Below, one piece after another: positions 1-9,650 of a stretch of 64,000 bases of DNA. Positions within the stretch are counted from its first letter, which is position 1, and each line of letters begins with the position of its first letter. Location of the stretch: NCBI GenBank assembly GCA_020628915.1, contig JAHDEI010000003.1, positions 1,859-65,858 of the forward strand, read 5' to 3'. Below the pieces are notes generated by a model. That model was given only the letters and a program-made list of their open reading frames with translations. It was not told the origin of the DNA and searched no databases. The DNA is from Minisyncoccota bacterium (GTDB taxonomy: Bacteria > Patescibacteriota > Minisyncoccia > Phycocordibacterales > GCA-2747955). Made by a program: the position numbers and the translations under genes.

Positions 1-1
1 G

Positions 2-451
2 GTTGAAGACCTTACTGATGACCAAAAAGATTCGTTACGAAACGTTTTAGAACATCCAAAATTCTTTTTACCAGAAATTGTTACTTGTGAGACAGTTTCA
101 GGTGAAACAGTTGAAAAACATATTAGTGAGGTTTCTGATACCGATAAGATTTATGATATCTCGCCTAGTTCCTTTAATGATATTAGGAACAAGATTGTTG
201 AAGCAAAATCAATTCTGTGGAATGGACCACTTGGTTACTACGAAGGCGGTTACGACGCTGGAACAAAAGCACTAGCAAATCTCGTTGGGGATTCTGATGC
301 ATTTTCAATTGCAGGAGGTGGAGACACGATTGATGCAATTTATGATATTCATCAAGAATCAAATTTTAGTTTTCTTTCAAGTGCTGGAGGAGCAATGATA
401 GATTTTCTTTCAGACGGAGACGTTCATGGAGTAAATGTTTTGACTCAGTAG
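2..451 (+). CDS. pgk: Phosphoglycerate kinase, C-terminal part (5'-truncated by window edge)
   Basis: Manual translation of frame 2 gives ILWNGPLG, AGGGDT and FLSSAGGAM, the PGK C-terminal motifs; TAG at 449-451. Confidence 0.9.
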   Translation, partial: VEDLTDDQKDSLRNVLEHPKFFLPEIVTCETVSGETVEKHISEVSDTDKIYDISPSSFNDIRNKIVEAKSILWNGPLGYYEGGYDAGTKALANLVGDSDAFSIAGGGDTIDAIYDIHQESNFSFLSSAGGAMIDFLSDGDVHGVNVLTQ

Positions 452-1252
452 GTTACACAAGAAACGTTTCGTGTGAAACAAAATCGTAACGAATGTCGTT
501 ACGATTTTTTGTTACTTGTGAAACAGTGATATAATGCCTGCATGACAAAGATCGACCTCCCTATTCCAGAAGAAGTTTCATATGTAACAAAGACACTGAT
601 TGAATCAGGTTATCAAGCGTATTTTGTTGGCGGTTGTGTTAGAGACTTGTTACTAAACAAAGAACCTAGTGACTGGGATGTAACTACCAATGCAACGCCT
701 GAGCAGATCCAAGAACTGTTTGAGCACACTTTTTACGAAAATGACTTTGGAACAGTTGGTGTTGTGAATGATTCAGTAACCGAAATTATCAATAAACTAG
801 AAACTGAAATCGATTACGACCCAAGTTCATATGAGGAAGTTTCAGATGAAACACTTGATTTACTTAAACAAAAAGTTACATATGAAACACTGCAAGTAGT
901 TGAAGTTACCCCATACCGTACAGAGTCAGTGTATTCTGATGGTAGAAGGCCTGATTCAATTGAATTCTCCGATACTCTTGAAGAAGACCTAAAAAGACGT
1001 GATTTTACTATGAACGCTCTTGCTTTTGACCCTGTTTCACGTGAAATCACTGATTTGTATGGTGGAATTAAGGATATCCAAAACAAGGTAATAAATACGG
1101 TTGGTGACCCAAATGAACGTTTCACGGAAGATGCATTAAGGATACTTCGGGCTGTACGTTTTGCAGCACAATTGGGTTTCACGATAAACAAAGAGGTGCA
1201 AGATTCCATAGTTACACACAAATCTTCATTGAGTAAAATATCACGTGAAAGA
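79..1252. promoter_or_regulatory. Cluster of parS-like palindromes
   Basis: Eight 12-14/16 matches to TGTTTCACGTGAAACA starting at 79, 94, 465, 510, 574, 838, 874 and 1033, plus 1237. Confidence 0.6.
480..510 (+). terminator. Intrinsic terminator after pgk
   Basis: AAAATCGTAACGA-ATG-TCGTTACGATTTT hairpin followed by a T run. Confidence 0.7.
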
Positions 1253-2116
1253 GTAAGAGATGAGTTTACAAAGATGTTACTCACAAACGATCCTCTACAG
1301 GCCTTATTTTTAGCCAAGGACTTACACGTGCTAGATTTTGTTTCACCAGATCTGTCACGTGGTATAGGCGTTACACAAAATGGTGCACACGTATACGATG
1401 TTTTTGAGCATAATGTACGAACAATGCAGCATGGCGCTGACAAGGATTGGCCGCTTGTAATCAGATTGGCTGGATTGTTTCACGATGTTTCAAAGCCTGA
1501 AACGAGGCGATATTCTAAAGAAAAAGATGATTACACATTTTATGGGCACGAGGTTGTTGGAGCACGTGTTACCAAAAAGGCACTAGAAGACCTTAAATTT
1601 TCGAAAAAAGTCGTAGACAAAGTCACAACTCTTGTTCGGTGGCACATGTTCTTTTCGGACCCTGATCAGATTACTCTTTCTGCTGTTCGTAGGATTATTC
1701 GAAATGTTGGCCCAGATAACGTTTGGGATCTTATCAGGCTACGCATCTGTGATCGTATTGGAATGGGACGGCCAAAGGAAAAGTCTTATCGTCTCAGGAA
1801 GTACGTTTCAATGATGGATGAAGCAATGAGAAGCCCTATTTCTGTCAAAGACCTTAAACTTAACGGTGATGAGATTATGGAAATGTTCGGATTAAAACCT
1901 GGAAGACAAATCGGATACCTTTTGAAGGCACTGATGAATATCACCCTTGAAACTCCAGAAAATAATAATCGTGATTTTTTAGTACAAAAGGTCAAAGAGT
2001 ATCTGCAGTTATCGGAACAAGAATTGATCGCTCTGTCTGAGGCAGGGGTAGACGCAATTGAACGTGCAGAGGCAGAAGAAATTAGAAAAATAAGACGCAA
2101 GCATAAGGTACAATAA
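542..2116 (+). CDS. cca: CCA-adding tRNA nucleotidyltransferase with HD domain
   Basis: VGGCVRD, DWDVTT, RRDFTMNA, EDALRILRAVRF and HD motif (LFHDVSK). Confidence 0.88.
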   Translation: MTKIDLPIPEEVSYVTKTLIESGYQAYFVGGCVRDLLLNKEPSDWDVTTNATPEQIQELFEHTFYENDFGTVGVVNDSVTEIINKLETEIDYDPSSYEEVSDETLDLLKQKVTYETLQVVEVTPYRTESVYSDGRRPDSIEFSDTLEEDLKRRDFTMNALAFDPVSREITDLYGGIKDIQNKVINTVGDPNERFTEDALRILRAVRFAAQLGFTINKEVQDSIVTHKSSLSKISRERVRDEFTKMLLTNDPLQALFLAKDLHVLDFVSPDLSRGIGVTQNGAHVYDVFEHNVRTMQHGADKDWPLVIRLAGLFHDVSKPETRRYSKEKDDYTFYGHEVVGARVTKKALEDLKFSKKVVDKVTTLVRWHMFFSDPDQITLSAVRRIIRNVGPDNVWDLIRLRICDRIGMGRPKEKSYRLRKYVSMMDEAMRSPISVKDLKLNGDEIMEMFGLKPGRQIGYLLKALMNITLETPENNNRDFLVQKVKEYLQLSEQELIALSEAGVDAIERAEAEEIRKIRRKHKVQ

Positions 2117-2124
2117 TCTCGTAC

Positions 2125-2721
2125 ATGACAAACAGTGTACCAGAACATTTAGAAATCACTTCTGAGACAACTGATGTGGATTTAGTAGACCTTTCATTGA
2201 AGGACCCGCATTACTTTGGTTTCATCATTGATCGTTACGAATCAAAACTTCATGGGTACATGAAGTCTATTTCGGGTGCTCCATTTGATGACAGAGAAGA
2301 CCTTTTACAAGAGGTGTTTGTTTCTGTCTATCAAAATCTGCATGGCTACAACAGTTCAATTAAATTTTCATCTTGGATTTATCGAATTGCACATAACAAA
2401 ACCGTTTCTTGGTGGCGAAAGAATAAGAAAGGAAAGGACACCATTTCGATTGAAGACAACACGTCTTTTGTAGAGACAGTTTTTAATGAAAACAACGTTG
2501 AGCAAGGCCATGAGGCTGAACATATCAGATTGGGGACCGAATATGCACTTGGTCGTATGAAGGATCAGTACAGGCAGATTTTGGTGTTGAGGTTCTGGGA
2601 GGGGAAGTCGTATGAAGACATTGCAGATATTACGAATTCTTCTGTCGGGACAGTTGGTACACGTGTTGGTCGTGCAAAGAAACAATTTATTAAATTATTT
2701 AGCGAGTATGAGCAAACTTAA
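2125..2721 (+). CDS. ECF sigma-70 factor (copy 1)
   Basis: Region 2 EDLLQEVF...FSSWIYRIAHN; region 4 SYEDIADI..SVGTVGTRVGRAK. Confidence 0.88.
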   Translation: MTNSVPEHLEITSETTDVDLVDLSLKDPHYFGFIIDRYESKLHGYMKSISGAPFDDREDLLQEVFVSVYQNLHGYNSSIKFSSWIYRIAHNKTVSWWRKNKKGKDTISIEDNTSFVETVFNENNVEQGHEAEHIRLGTEYALGRMKDQYRQILVLRFWEGKSYEDIADITNSSVGTVGTRVGRAKKQFIKLFSEYEQT

Positions 2722-3370
2722 ACACAAAGTCCTCGAGGACATTAAAGAAAAGAACATTACTCCAACATCCAAGTTCTATTTCGTTTCCAAAACGTATTTT
2801 TTCTGGCTGTTGTTTGTTAGTTCAATAATTATTGGGGCGATTGCTTTTTCTACAATTTTGTTTCAGTTGGTTATTGAAACAAATGTTTGGAAAGACCTGG
2901 CCACTTTTCATCGCCCCAGTCTTTTTGTCGAAGCAGTACCTTTGTTTTGGCTTGCTCTTGTTTCTTTGTTTACTATTTCAGCTTGGTATAACTTTAAGAA
3001 TATTCCAGGCACTCATCGAACCGAAAATGCGATCATTGTTCTTGCTTCTATTTTATTTTCACTTTTGTTTGGTTTATTGTTGTTCAAGGTTGGTACCGCA
3101 GAAAAATTGGAATACATTATGAGAGAAAATTTTAGTACATACCGCCAAGCAGTTGAACGTAATATGGAGAGAAAAGCAGAGTTTCTTATGCAAAGAGACA
3201 TTTCTCCACGAGAAATTATGTTGAAACGAGAAGAGCTCAGGACTCTTTGTCTTAATCAAGGCAGAGACGATTGTTTTGTCTCGATCGATGATCTTACAGA
3301 TGAACAAGTTATATCTGCAACAACTACAAAAGAAGTGAAAGAAATTGGGGTAATCGAAGGTAATAACTAG
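2708..3370 (+). CDS. Membrane protein, probable anti-sigma factor (copy 1)
   Basis: Overlaps the ECF sigma stop; about 3 TM segments; paralogous to 3969-4541; start moved to ATG 2708. Confidence 0.6.
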   Translation: MSKLKHKVLEDIKEKNITPTSKFYFVSKTYFFWLLFVSSIIIGAIAFSTILFQLVIETNVWKDLATFHRPSLFVEAVPLFWLALVSLFTISAWYNFKNIPGTHRTENAIIVLASILFSLLFGLLLFKVGTAEKLEYIMRENFSTYRQAVERNMERKAEFLMQRDISPREIMLKREELRTLCLNQGRDDCFVSIDDLTDEQVISATTTKEVKEIGVIEGNN

Positions 3371-3372
3371 TA

Positions 3373-3966
3373 ATGGAGCAAAACGCCCCACAGTTATCTG
3401 ATGAACAAATCATGTCACGCATCACGGCGGAGCCTGATTTATATGGAATTATTATTGATCGATATACAGATAAATTATCTCGTTATATCAAAAGAGTCTC
3501 GGGGCTTGTTGGTGACGAACTAGACGACGTACTACAGGATGTATTCGTCCGCGCATATCAAAAACATACCTCGTTTGACCCAAGCCTTTCTTTTAATTCT
3601 TGGATTTATCGGATTTGTCACAATACAACCATAAATTATTGGAAGAAAAACCGTAGATACAAAGAAGGAGTTTCGTTTGATGAAGAAACCTACACTAAGT
3701 CTGGCTTTCTAGATCATGTGTTGGCGGACGATACAACGTTTGAGGGGATTATGAGAGACGCTGATATTGCGATAATCCGAGATGCGTTGGGGGGCATCAA
3801 AGAAAAGTATCGATCGATTCTGGTCCTTAGATTTTTTGAAGAATTAGACTATGGGCAGATATCAGATGTTCTCAAGATTCCACCTGGAACTGTCGCAACC
3901 AATATTCATCGCGCCAAGAAGGCATTAGCCAAGGAAGTAACATTACTAGAACAACCTAAAAAATAA
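3373..3966 (+). CDS. ECF sigma-70 factor (copy 2)
   Basis: DDVLQDVF...FNSWIYRICHN; YGQISDVLKIPPGTVATNIHRAK. Confidence 0.88.
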   Translation: MEQNAPQLSDEQIMSRITAEPDLYGIIIDRYTDKLSRYIKRVSGLVGDELDDVLQDVFVRAYQKHTSFDPSLSFNSWIYRICHNTTINYWKKNRRYKEGVSFDEETYTKSGFLDHVLADDTTFEGIMRDADIAIIRDALGGIKEKYRSILVLRFFEELDYGQISDVLKIPPGTVATNIHRAKKALAKEVTLLEQPKK

Positions 3967-3968
3967 CC

Positions 3969-4541
3969 ATGAAAGATTTTAAAGACAACATCATACAAGG
4001 AATCAAATCAGGAGAGATACGTCCAGAATCTCGTATGCGTTTTTTGGCACATGATTATTTCTTTTGGATTTTGACGGGGATTTCGGTTGTATTGGGTGGG
4101 GTCGCAACCGCATCAATTATTTACAAGGTTGTTGTGGAACAAGTTAGGCCACTTCGTGGAATAGGCGGCGCAGAAGCAGTCCCGGTGTTCTTTCAAACCG
4201 CACCGTACATTTGGATACTTGTACTGTTGGTTTTGGTATTGGCAGCTTGGTTTAATTATAAAAAGACATCAAAATCCTATAGACGACATAACGGATTAAT
4301 TATTGCTGGGGTAGTTATATTATCGCTTTTATTCGGGATTGGTTTATTTGCGGCAGGAGCAGGAGCAAAGGTGGATGACCAAATGAGAAAGCGAGTCCCA
4401 GTATTTAAAAAAGAAATGGAACGAAGAGAAAAAATCAGAGATCGATTTATCCAAGAAAGACGCGAGCGACTACAAAATCGTACTGACCAAAATCGACCAC
4501 CTAGGCCGTATCCATTTGCCCCACAAGAGAGGGTTAGGTAA
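3969..4541 (+). CDS. Membrane protein, probable anti-sigma factor (copy 2)
   Basis: Follows sigma copy 2; shares FFW.L, AW.N.K and R..N..I motifs with 2708-3370. Confidence 0.6.
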   Translation: MKDFKDNIIQGIKSGEIRPESRMRFLAHDYFFWILTGISVVLGGVATASIIYKVVVEQVRPLRGIGGAEAVPVFFQTAPYIWILVLLVLVLAAWFNYKKTSKSYRRHNGLIIAGVVILSLLFGIGLFAAGAGAKVDDQMRKRVPVFKKEMERREKIRDRFIQERRERLQNRTDQNRPPRPYPFAPQERVR

Positions 4542-4544
4542 ATA

Positions 4545-4573
4545 TTGACTTATACACATTGAAATGTTATAAT
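4545..4573 (+). promoter_or_regulatory. Canonical sigma-70 promoter
   Basis: TTGACT-17 bp-TATAAT with upstream TG. Confidence 0.75.
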
Positions 4574-4617
4574 TAAAAATAGCATTGTGCTTTTATTTTG
4601 TTCAAGAGGAGAAAAAA

Positions 4618-5610
4618 ATGAACAGATATGGAAATCAATTTGGTTCACAGCCCGAGCCGTCAATATGGGACAGTTTACTATCAAGCGCACCGCTCGTGGT
4701 GGGACTCGTTATTCTTTTGCTGTGGTTGTCTACCACTATCGTTATCACTCGCGGAATGCGAGCAAAAATCGTTGAAATACTAGGCCAGCCTGAAAAGAAG
4801 GCTCGCCTATCAGGTCTCAGTTTCAAACTGCCGTTTCCGTTTGCACGAGTTGTTGGAAATGTGAATCTTCAGCTTTGTGAAATCGGATCAGACGTGAAGG
4901 CCAAAACCAAAGACAACGCCTTCTTGACGTTGCCGGTTAAGGTTCAATACCGAGCAACGCGAACAGCGGAAGGTGCCTTATTGGCCCACTACGAACTTGA
5001 TGATCCAGAATCACAGATTGTCAATTACGTTTTGAACAATGTTTCTTCTACGGTCCCCAAAATGGATATGGAAACGCTGTTTCAGCAACGCGAACAGATC
5101 GAAACGGAAGTCCTGGGCTCTCTACAAGAGAAATTTGGAAAATCCGGGTATTCAATCGAAAATGTTTTGGTTGATGAGCCAGATCCTTCGGAGGAAGTCA
5201 AAAAGTCATTCAATGACGTAATTGCGTCAAAACGCGCAAAAGAAGCCGCTCAGAACATTGCTGATGCTGAAAAGATCAGACTTGTTGGGATAGCGAAAGC
5301 TGAAAAGGAGTCAAAAAAGCTCCAAGGTGAAGGCCTCGCAGATATGCGCAAGGCGATCGCGACTGGCATGGACGTCTCCATGGAGACGCTTATGAAGTCG
5401 GGCATCTCCAAAACAGAAGCCTTGGTGCTTCTAATGCACACGAACCACTTGGACACACTTGGTTCAGCTGCTGCAGGAGGGAACATGATCATTACAGATA
5501 TGGGTGCCGGAGCACTCGGAACGGATGATATTTTCGCCGCCACAGCTGCTGCCATGAAGGCGACACGTCAGGACGGTGGAGCATCCTCTAGCTCTGATAC
5601 AGAAACCTAA
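4618..5610 (+). CDS. SPFH/band 7 (HflC/stomatin-like) membrane protein
   Basis: N-terminal TM, GLSFKLPFPF, KTKDNAF, C-terminal coiled coil; SD AGAGGAG before ATG 4618. Confidence 0.85.
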   Translation: MNRYGNQFGSQPEPSIWDSLLSSAPLVVGLVILLLWLSTTIVITRGMRAKIVEILGQPEKKARLSGLSFKLPFPFARVVGNVNLQLCEIGSDVKAKTKDNAFLTLPVKVQYRATRTAEGALLAHYELDDPESQIVNYVLNNVSSTVPKMDMETLFQQREQIETEVLGSLQEKFGKSGYSIENVLVDEPDPSEEVKKSFNDVIASKRAKEAAQNIADAEKIRLVGIAKAEKESKKLQGEGLADMRKAIATGMDVSMETLMKSGISKTEALVLLMHTNHLDTLGSAAAGGNMIITDMGAGALGTDDIFAATAAAMKATRQDGGASSSSDTET

Positions 5611-5616
5611 AATTTT

Positions 5617-5649
5617 GACCGCGCCTTATTTGGCGCGGTTTTTCTTTTT
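5617..5649 (+). terminator. Intrinsic terminator
   Basis: ACCGCGCC-loop-GGCGCGGT plus T tract. Confidence 0.75.
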
Positions 5650-5661
5650 CAAAAAAGCTGC

Positions 5662-6063
5662 CTATACGGCAGCTTTTACTTTTTTATTTTGTTGGTCTGT
5701 GTAAACGAAATACGGTTTCATCCAGTCTCGCAGACCAATTCCTGGGTTAAATCGCAGGCCGGGCTTTTGGTCAATTTCTTGTGCGAGATCCAACTCCTTT
5801 TTCATTCCTGCACTTTCGACGCTTCCGGCGATAAAGACAAATAAAATACGATCGCATTTTTTTTGCTTGTCCAGGCAGTAGGCATAAATCTCTTCGTTCG
5901 ACATCCGCTTGGAACGAAAAAATTCTTCGTCATCAAGAGAACAATAATATGACTGCCCTTGGTCTTTCAGTTCTCGGGTAACCCCGTCGATTACCTGCTT
6001 GCGCAGTCCAGGATGGATGCCACTGTATTGATATGAGATAAACACATCAAATTCTTTTTCCAT
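5662..6063 (-). CDS. Small nucleoside 2-deoxyribosyltransferase-like or TIR-like protein
   Basis: DVFISY beta-strand, CD.ILFV, SAGMKKELDLA with candidate catalytic Glu; SD AAGGAGG. Confidence 0.5.
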   Translation of the reverse strand: MEKEFDVFISYQYSGIHPGLRKQVIDGVTRELKDQGQSYYCSLDDEEFFRSKRMSNEEIYAYCLDKQKKCDRILFVFIAGSVESAGMKKELDLAQEIDQKPGLRFNPGIGLRDWMKPYFVYTDQQNKKVKAAV

Positions 6064-6197
6064 AAAGAGCCTCCTTTTTCTTCTGAGCCTATCATACCAA
6101 AAGTGAAAGAAATTGCTCTTTCAGCTGTAGTAATACATGTGAAGCAAACCGGTTTGCTCACAATCAATGCAATTAACATTAATTTAAAAATTAAAAC

Positions 6198-6731
6198 ATG
6201 AAACAAACTACTAGAAATATGCTCGCAGGAGGATTGATTGGAGCAACCTTGATGGTTGGGGCTTCGGCATTCGCGGCGATCCCACAAGAGGCAAAAGACG
6301 CTGTAAAGGCTGGAGACTTTGAAGCATTCCAAGCTGCTGTTGAGGGAACAAGAGCAGAGAACTTACCAGAAGAAATTTTTGATTTGAAGGTTGATCTCTA
6401 CGAAGCAAAGCAAGCTGGAGATGAAGATCAAATTGAGTCAATCAAGACTGAATTGAAGGAATACCGATCTGAGAAAAAGGCGGAGCGACAAGCAACCAGA
6501 GAGGCTAGACGTGATGCGGTAGAGTCAGGAGACTATGATGCATTTACTGCACTTGTTCCAGAAGGACGAGATGCGCCTTCTGAAGAGGTATTTGGACTGC
6601 TTGGCGACCTCCACCAGGCACGAGAGGCAGGCGATGATGAAGCAAAAGCAGAAATCAAAGCTGAACTAAAGGAGCTTGGGTTTGAAAAACCACAGCGTAA
6701 GAAAAAGGGTCACAGAGGAGGAAATCAATAA
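6198..6731 (+). CDS. Secreted helical-repeat protein
   Basis: Signal peptide ending ASAFA; two repeats DAV..GD..AF...A..AGD.....IK.ELKE. Confidence 0.7.
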   Translation: MKQTTRNMLAGGLIGATLMVGASAFAAIPQEAKDAVKAGDFEAFQAAVEGTRAENLPEEIFDLKVDLYEAKQAGDEDQIESIKTELKEYRSEKKAERQATREARRDAVESGDYDAFTALVPEGRDAPSEEVFGLLGDLHQAREAGDDEAKAEIKAELKELGFEKPQRKKKGHRGGNQ

Positions 6732-6859
6732 AGTGACATAAAACAAGATTTGCTGCGTATTAATATATGTAGGCGACTGTTATGCAGTCGTTTACACAAA
6801 TAACAAAGCAAAAACATTCGCAAATATATAACTACTTATATATTTACTACAAAACTACT

Positions 6860-6890
6860 ACCAAAACCGCCATATCGGCGGTTTTTGGTT
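6860..6890. terminator. Bidirectional intrinsic terminator
   Basis: AAAACCGCC-ATATC-GGCGGTTTT between convergent genes. Confidence 0.7.
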
Positions 6891-6915
6891 TGTTTGTCAG
6901 ATTTGTTGAATGAAT

Positions 6916-7713
6916 TTAGATATTCACCTCAATTGATACAGGGCAATGATCTGATCCATGAATATCATCGTGTATTTGGGCGGTTTTGAGTTTGCCCTTG
7001 AGTGATTCTGAAATGAGAAAATAATCAATGCGCCAGCCGGAATTGTTTTTCCGAGCATTAAATCGGTAGGACCACCATGAATATTTTTCGATGGTGTCTG
7101 GGTGCAAGTACCTGAATGTATCTATGAAACCTTGTGAAACGTAATTTGTGAAACCCTCGCGCTCTTTATCCGTGAAACCTGGATTTCCTGGATTTTTCTC
7201 TGTTGTTCTGTTGTTTTGTGGGTTTTTGAGATCAATTTCTGTGTGGGCAACGTTGAGATCGCCACAGAGAATAACAGGTTTCTTTTTCTCGAGTTTTTTG
7301 AGGTATTTAAGGAACAGTACATCCCACTCTTTGTGCCTATAATCGACACGTGCCAGATCAGGCTTTGAATTCGGAGTGTAGACGTTTACTAGATAATACT
7401 TTTTATATTCAGCGGTAATAACCCGACCTTCGTCATTTGCGAGATCAAGCCCTTTGATTTCATTTGAAATAGAAATTGGTTCTTGTTTTAAAAAAACTGC
7501 AGTTGAAGAATAACCCTTTTTAATTGCAGAATTAAAGTATTGATATCCATGTTTGGGAAATAGTTCCGCAGCAAATCCATTAATTTGTTCTGGCTGCGCC
7601 TTGGTTTCCTGTAGACAGATGATATCTGGGTCTTCAGACAATAAAAAGTCGACGGCTCCGTCTTTATCTTTCCATGCTCTGAATCCGTTCACGTTCCATG
7701 AGATTGCTTTCAT
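6916..7713 (-). CDS. xth: Exodeoxyribonuclease III
   Basis: ISWNVNG, CLQETK, GDLNVAH, GWRIDY, SDHCP. Confidence 0.95.
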   Translation of the reverse strand: MKAISWNVNGFRAWKDKDGAVDFLLSEDPDIICLQETKAQPEQINGFAAELFPKHGYQYFNSAIKKGYSSTAVFLKQEPISISNEIKGLDLANDEGRVITAEYKKYYLVNVYTPNSKPDLARVDYRHKEWDVLFLKYLKKLEKKKPVILCGDLNVAHTEIDLKNPQNNRTTEKNPGNPGFTDKEREGFTNYVSQGFIDTFRYLHPDTIEKYSWWSYRFNARKNNSGWRIDYFLISESLKGKLKTAQIHDDIHGSDHCPVSIEVNI

Positions 7714-7856
7714 ATAGGCATTATATCACCACAAAGAAAAAGCCTGAGGCACTTTGTTGTCTCGAGGAGGAGCAGTGCTCACAGGATCTTAATAAATCAG
7801 AATACTTGACTTTATTCGCATACAAAGTATAATAATTTCCAGAAAAGGAGGATCTA

Positions 7857-8258
7857 ATGGGTTCATTTTTACTTGGCGTCTTAGCATTCATCATAATTAT
7901 ATTCATTCTGTTTCTCGGGCTATCTCTTTCCGGATTTATGGTTGCCGGCCCCGTCGTCTTTGGTAAGCACGTTAAAAATGTGCCTGAAGAATACAGGTGG
8001 CAATTTCGTCGCAGATGGTATCTCACCACAGGAATTGTCTTTGGAGTTGGCATGTTTATACACAATAAGATCATGTATATGCCATTCGATTTTTATGATT
8101 TCATTTCGGTCGTATTATTTTGGCCTTTAGGCATTTTTATTGCTGTGATTACTGCTGACATCGGTGGCATGATCTTTATGCTCGTTGCAGCAGCTGCATC
8201 TTTTCTGATATCAGAATTCTATGCGGCAACGTATCCGAATAGAGCTGGCTCTCCATAG
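7857..8258 (+). CDS. Hypothetical multi-pass membrane protein
   Basis: Hydrophobic ORF; TTGACT-16-TATAAT promoter (7806-7833) and SD AGGAGG. Confidence 0.65.
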   Translation: MGSFLLGVLAFIIIIFILFLGLSLSGFMVAGPVVFGKHVKNVPEEYRWQFRRRWYLTTGIVFGVGMFIHNKIMYMPFDFYDFISVVLFWPLGIFIAVITADIGGMIFMLVAAAASFLISEFYAATYPNRAGSP

Positions 8259-8321
8259 AGCCGGCTTTTTTGTTGAAAATTCTTGGTAGTTGCAATTATT
8301 TTGCGTGCTATAATCTTTATT

Positions 8322-9650
8322 ATGAATATGCCATCGAGAAAAACGATTACGGCTTCTATTTTTATTGGATTTGTTCTTTTGTTTTTGGGAGCATTGGGTT
8401 GGTACTTTGGGGCACCCTTTTTTGATAATAATTCTAGCTCTGAATTTTCTGAAGAAGGTGAATCCCGAGGGTTTACTTTTTTTCCATTTGGGCGTGGCAG
8501 TGGCGATGTGCAACCAACGTTTCCGGTAACGGACCCAAATGAAAGTACAAATACAGGAGGTGACGTTTTGCCTAGTGGAGAGCAACCACAAATTCCAGTT
8601 GATCGTTTTCGAAACATTTCTTCTGAACCAACCGCCGGTGCATTTATTTTTAGAAGACAGGTTGGAGGTAATTCGGTATTTGATACAGGACGAACTATCG
8701 AAACTGCTATCCGGTATGTATTAGTTGAGTCAGGCCACGTATATGAAGCCGAGGAAGATACACAGATCGTAAAACGTATTTCGAATACAACTATCCCTAG
8801 AATTTCAGAAGCACATTTTGCTGATTTTGACTCAATCATTGTCCGGTATCTTGATCCAACCACTGATGTCGTAAGAACATTCTCAGGGTCATTAGTCTCT
8901 CGAGAAGAAGTAGAGGGAGAAGACGAAGGAGAACTGCAAAAACTTTCAGGAGTATTTTTGCCTGAAGATATTCAAGACATTAGTATTAATAAGTCAGGGG
9001 AAGTTTTATACACCCAAAAAACAGGTGCAGGTTCTGTTGCAATTGTTACAGACTTGAGCGGGCAAGAGAAGAAACAAATTTTTTCTTCTCCTTTGTCCGA
9101 ATGGAAACCTGATTGGTCCAGGCGTGACAATACTATTTCTTTAACACAGTACCCTTCTTACGTTTCTCACGGAGCGACTCAGTTGCTTAACAGAAGCACT
9201 GAGGTTGTTACTCCATTTATTTCGGGTAGACGAGGACTTGAGACTCTATTGTCTCCAGACGGGACTCAAGCCCTTGTTTCATTTAGGTCTAATGATGGGT
9301 TGTCGCTATTTGTCCGCAATCAAGACGGGCGGTTTATTGATACAGGCCTTAACACGTATGCACAAAAATGTGTGTGGTCGTCTGATAATGTTTTGGCTTA
9401 TTGTGCGGTTCCAAACAATTCAATTTCTAGCGAAGCCCCAGACCTGTGGTATCAGGGAGTAGAAACATATTCAGATGATGTCTGGCGTGTTCAGGCAACC
9501 GATGGTTCTACCAGAGAAGTATTCTCGCCATTTTCTGAAGCAAACGTAACATTGGATATATTTGATATTAAATTATCTGCTGATGAACGATATCTTTATT
9601 TTAGAGACAAGCAAAATTTATACCTGTGGTCGTATCTCTTGGAACTGTAA
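8322..9650 (+). CDS. Membrane-anchored extracellular beta-propeller (TolB-like) protein
   Basis: N-terminal TM; LSPDG, WSSD and LSADE propeller-like repeats; TATAAT 7 nt before ATG. Confidence 0.6.
   Translation: MNMPSRKTITASIFIGFVLLFLGALGWYFGAPFFDNNSSSEFSEEGESRGFTFFPFGRGSGDVQPTFPVTDPNESTNTGGDVLPSGEQPQIPVDRFRNISSEPTAGAFIFRRQVGGNSVFDTGRTIETAIRYVLVESGHVYEAEEDTQIVKRISNTTIPRISEAHFADFDSIIVRYLDPTTDVVRTFSGSLVSREEVEGEDEGELQKLSGVFLPEDIQDISINKSGEVLYTQKTGAGSVAIVTDLSGQEKKQIFSSPLSEWKPDWSRRDNTISLTQYPSYVSHGATQLLNRSTEVVTPFISGRRGLETLLSPDGTQALVSFRSNDGLSLFVRNQDGRFIDTGLNTYAQKCVWSSDNVLAYCAVPNNSISSEAPDLWYQGVETYSDDVWRVQATDGSTREVFSPFSEANVTLDIFDIKLSADERYLYFRDKQNLYLWSYLLEL

Noticed and set aside
814-1443. Long antisense or alternate-frame ORFs (for example 814-1443, 8219-8863, 49686-50252)
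   Set aside because: Shadows of well-supported genes on the opposite strand, with no motifs or initiation signals
6732-6860. Possible ncRNA downstream of the secreted helical protein
   Set aside because: Two hairpins are present but match no motif I recognise and have no second copy; consistent with a structured 3' UTR
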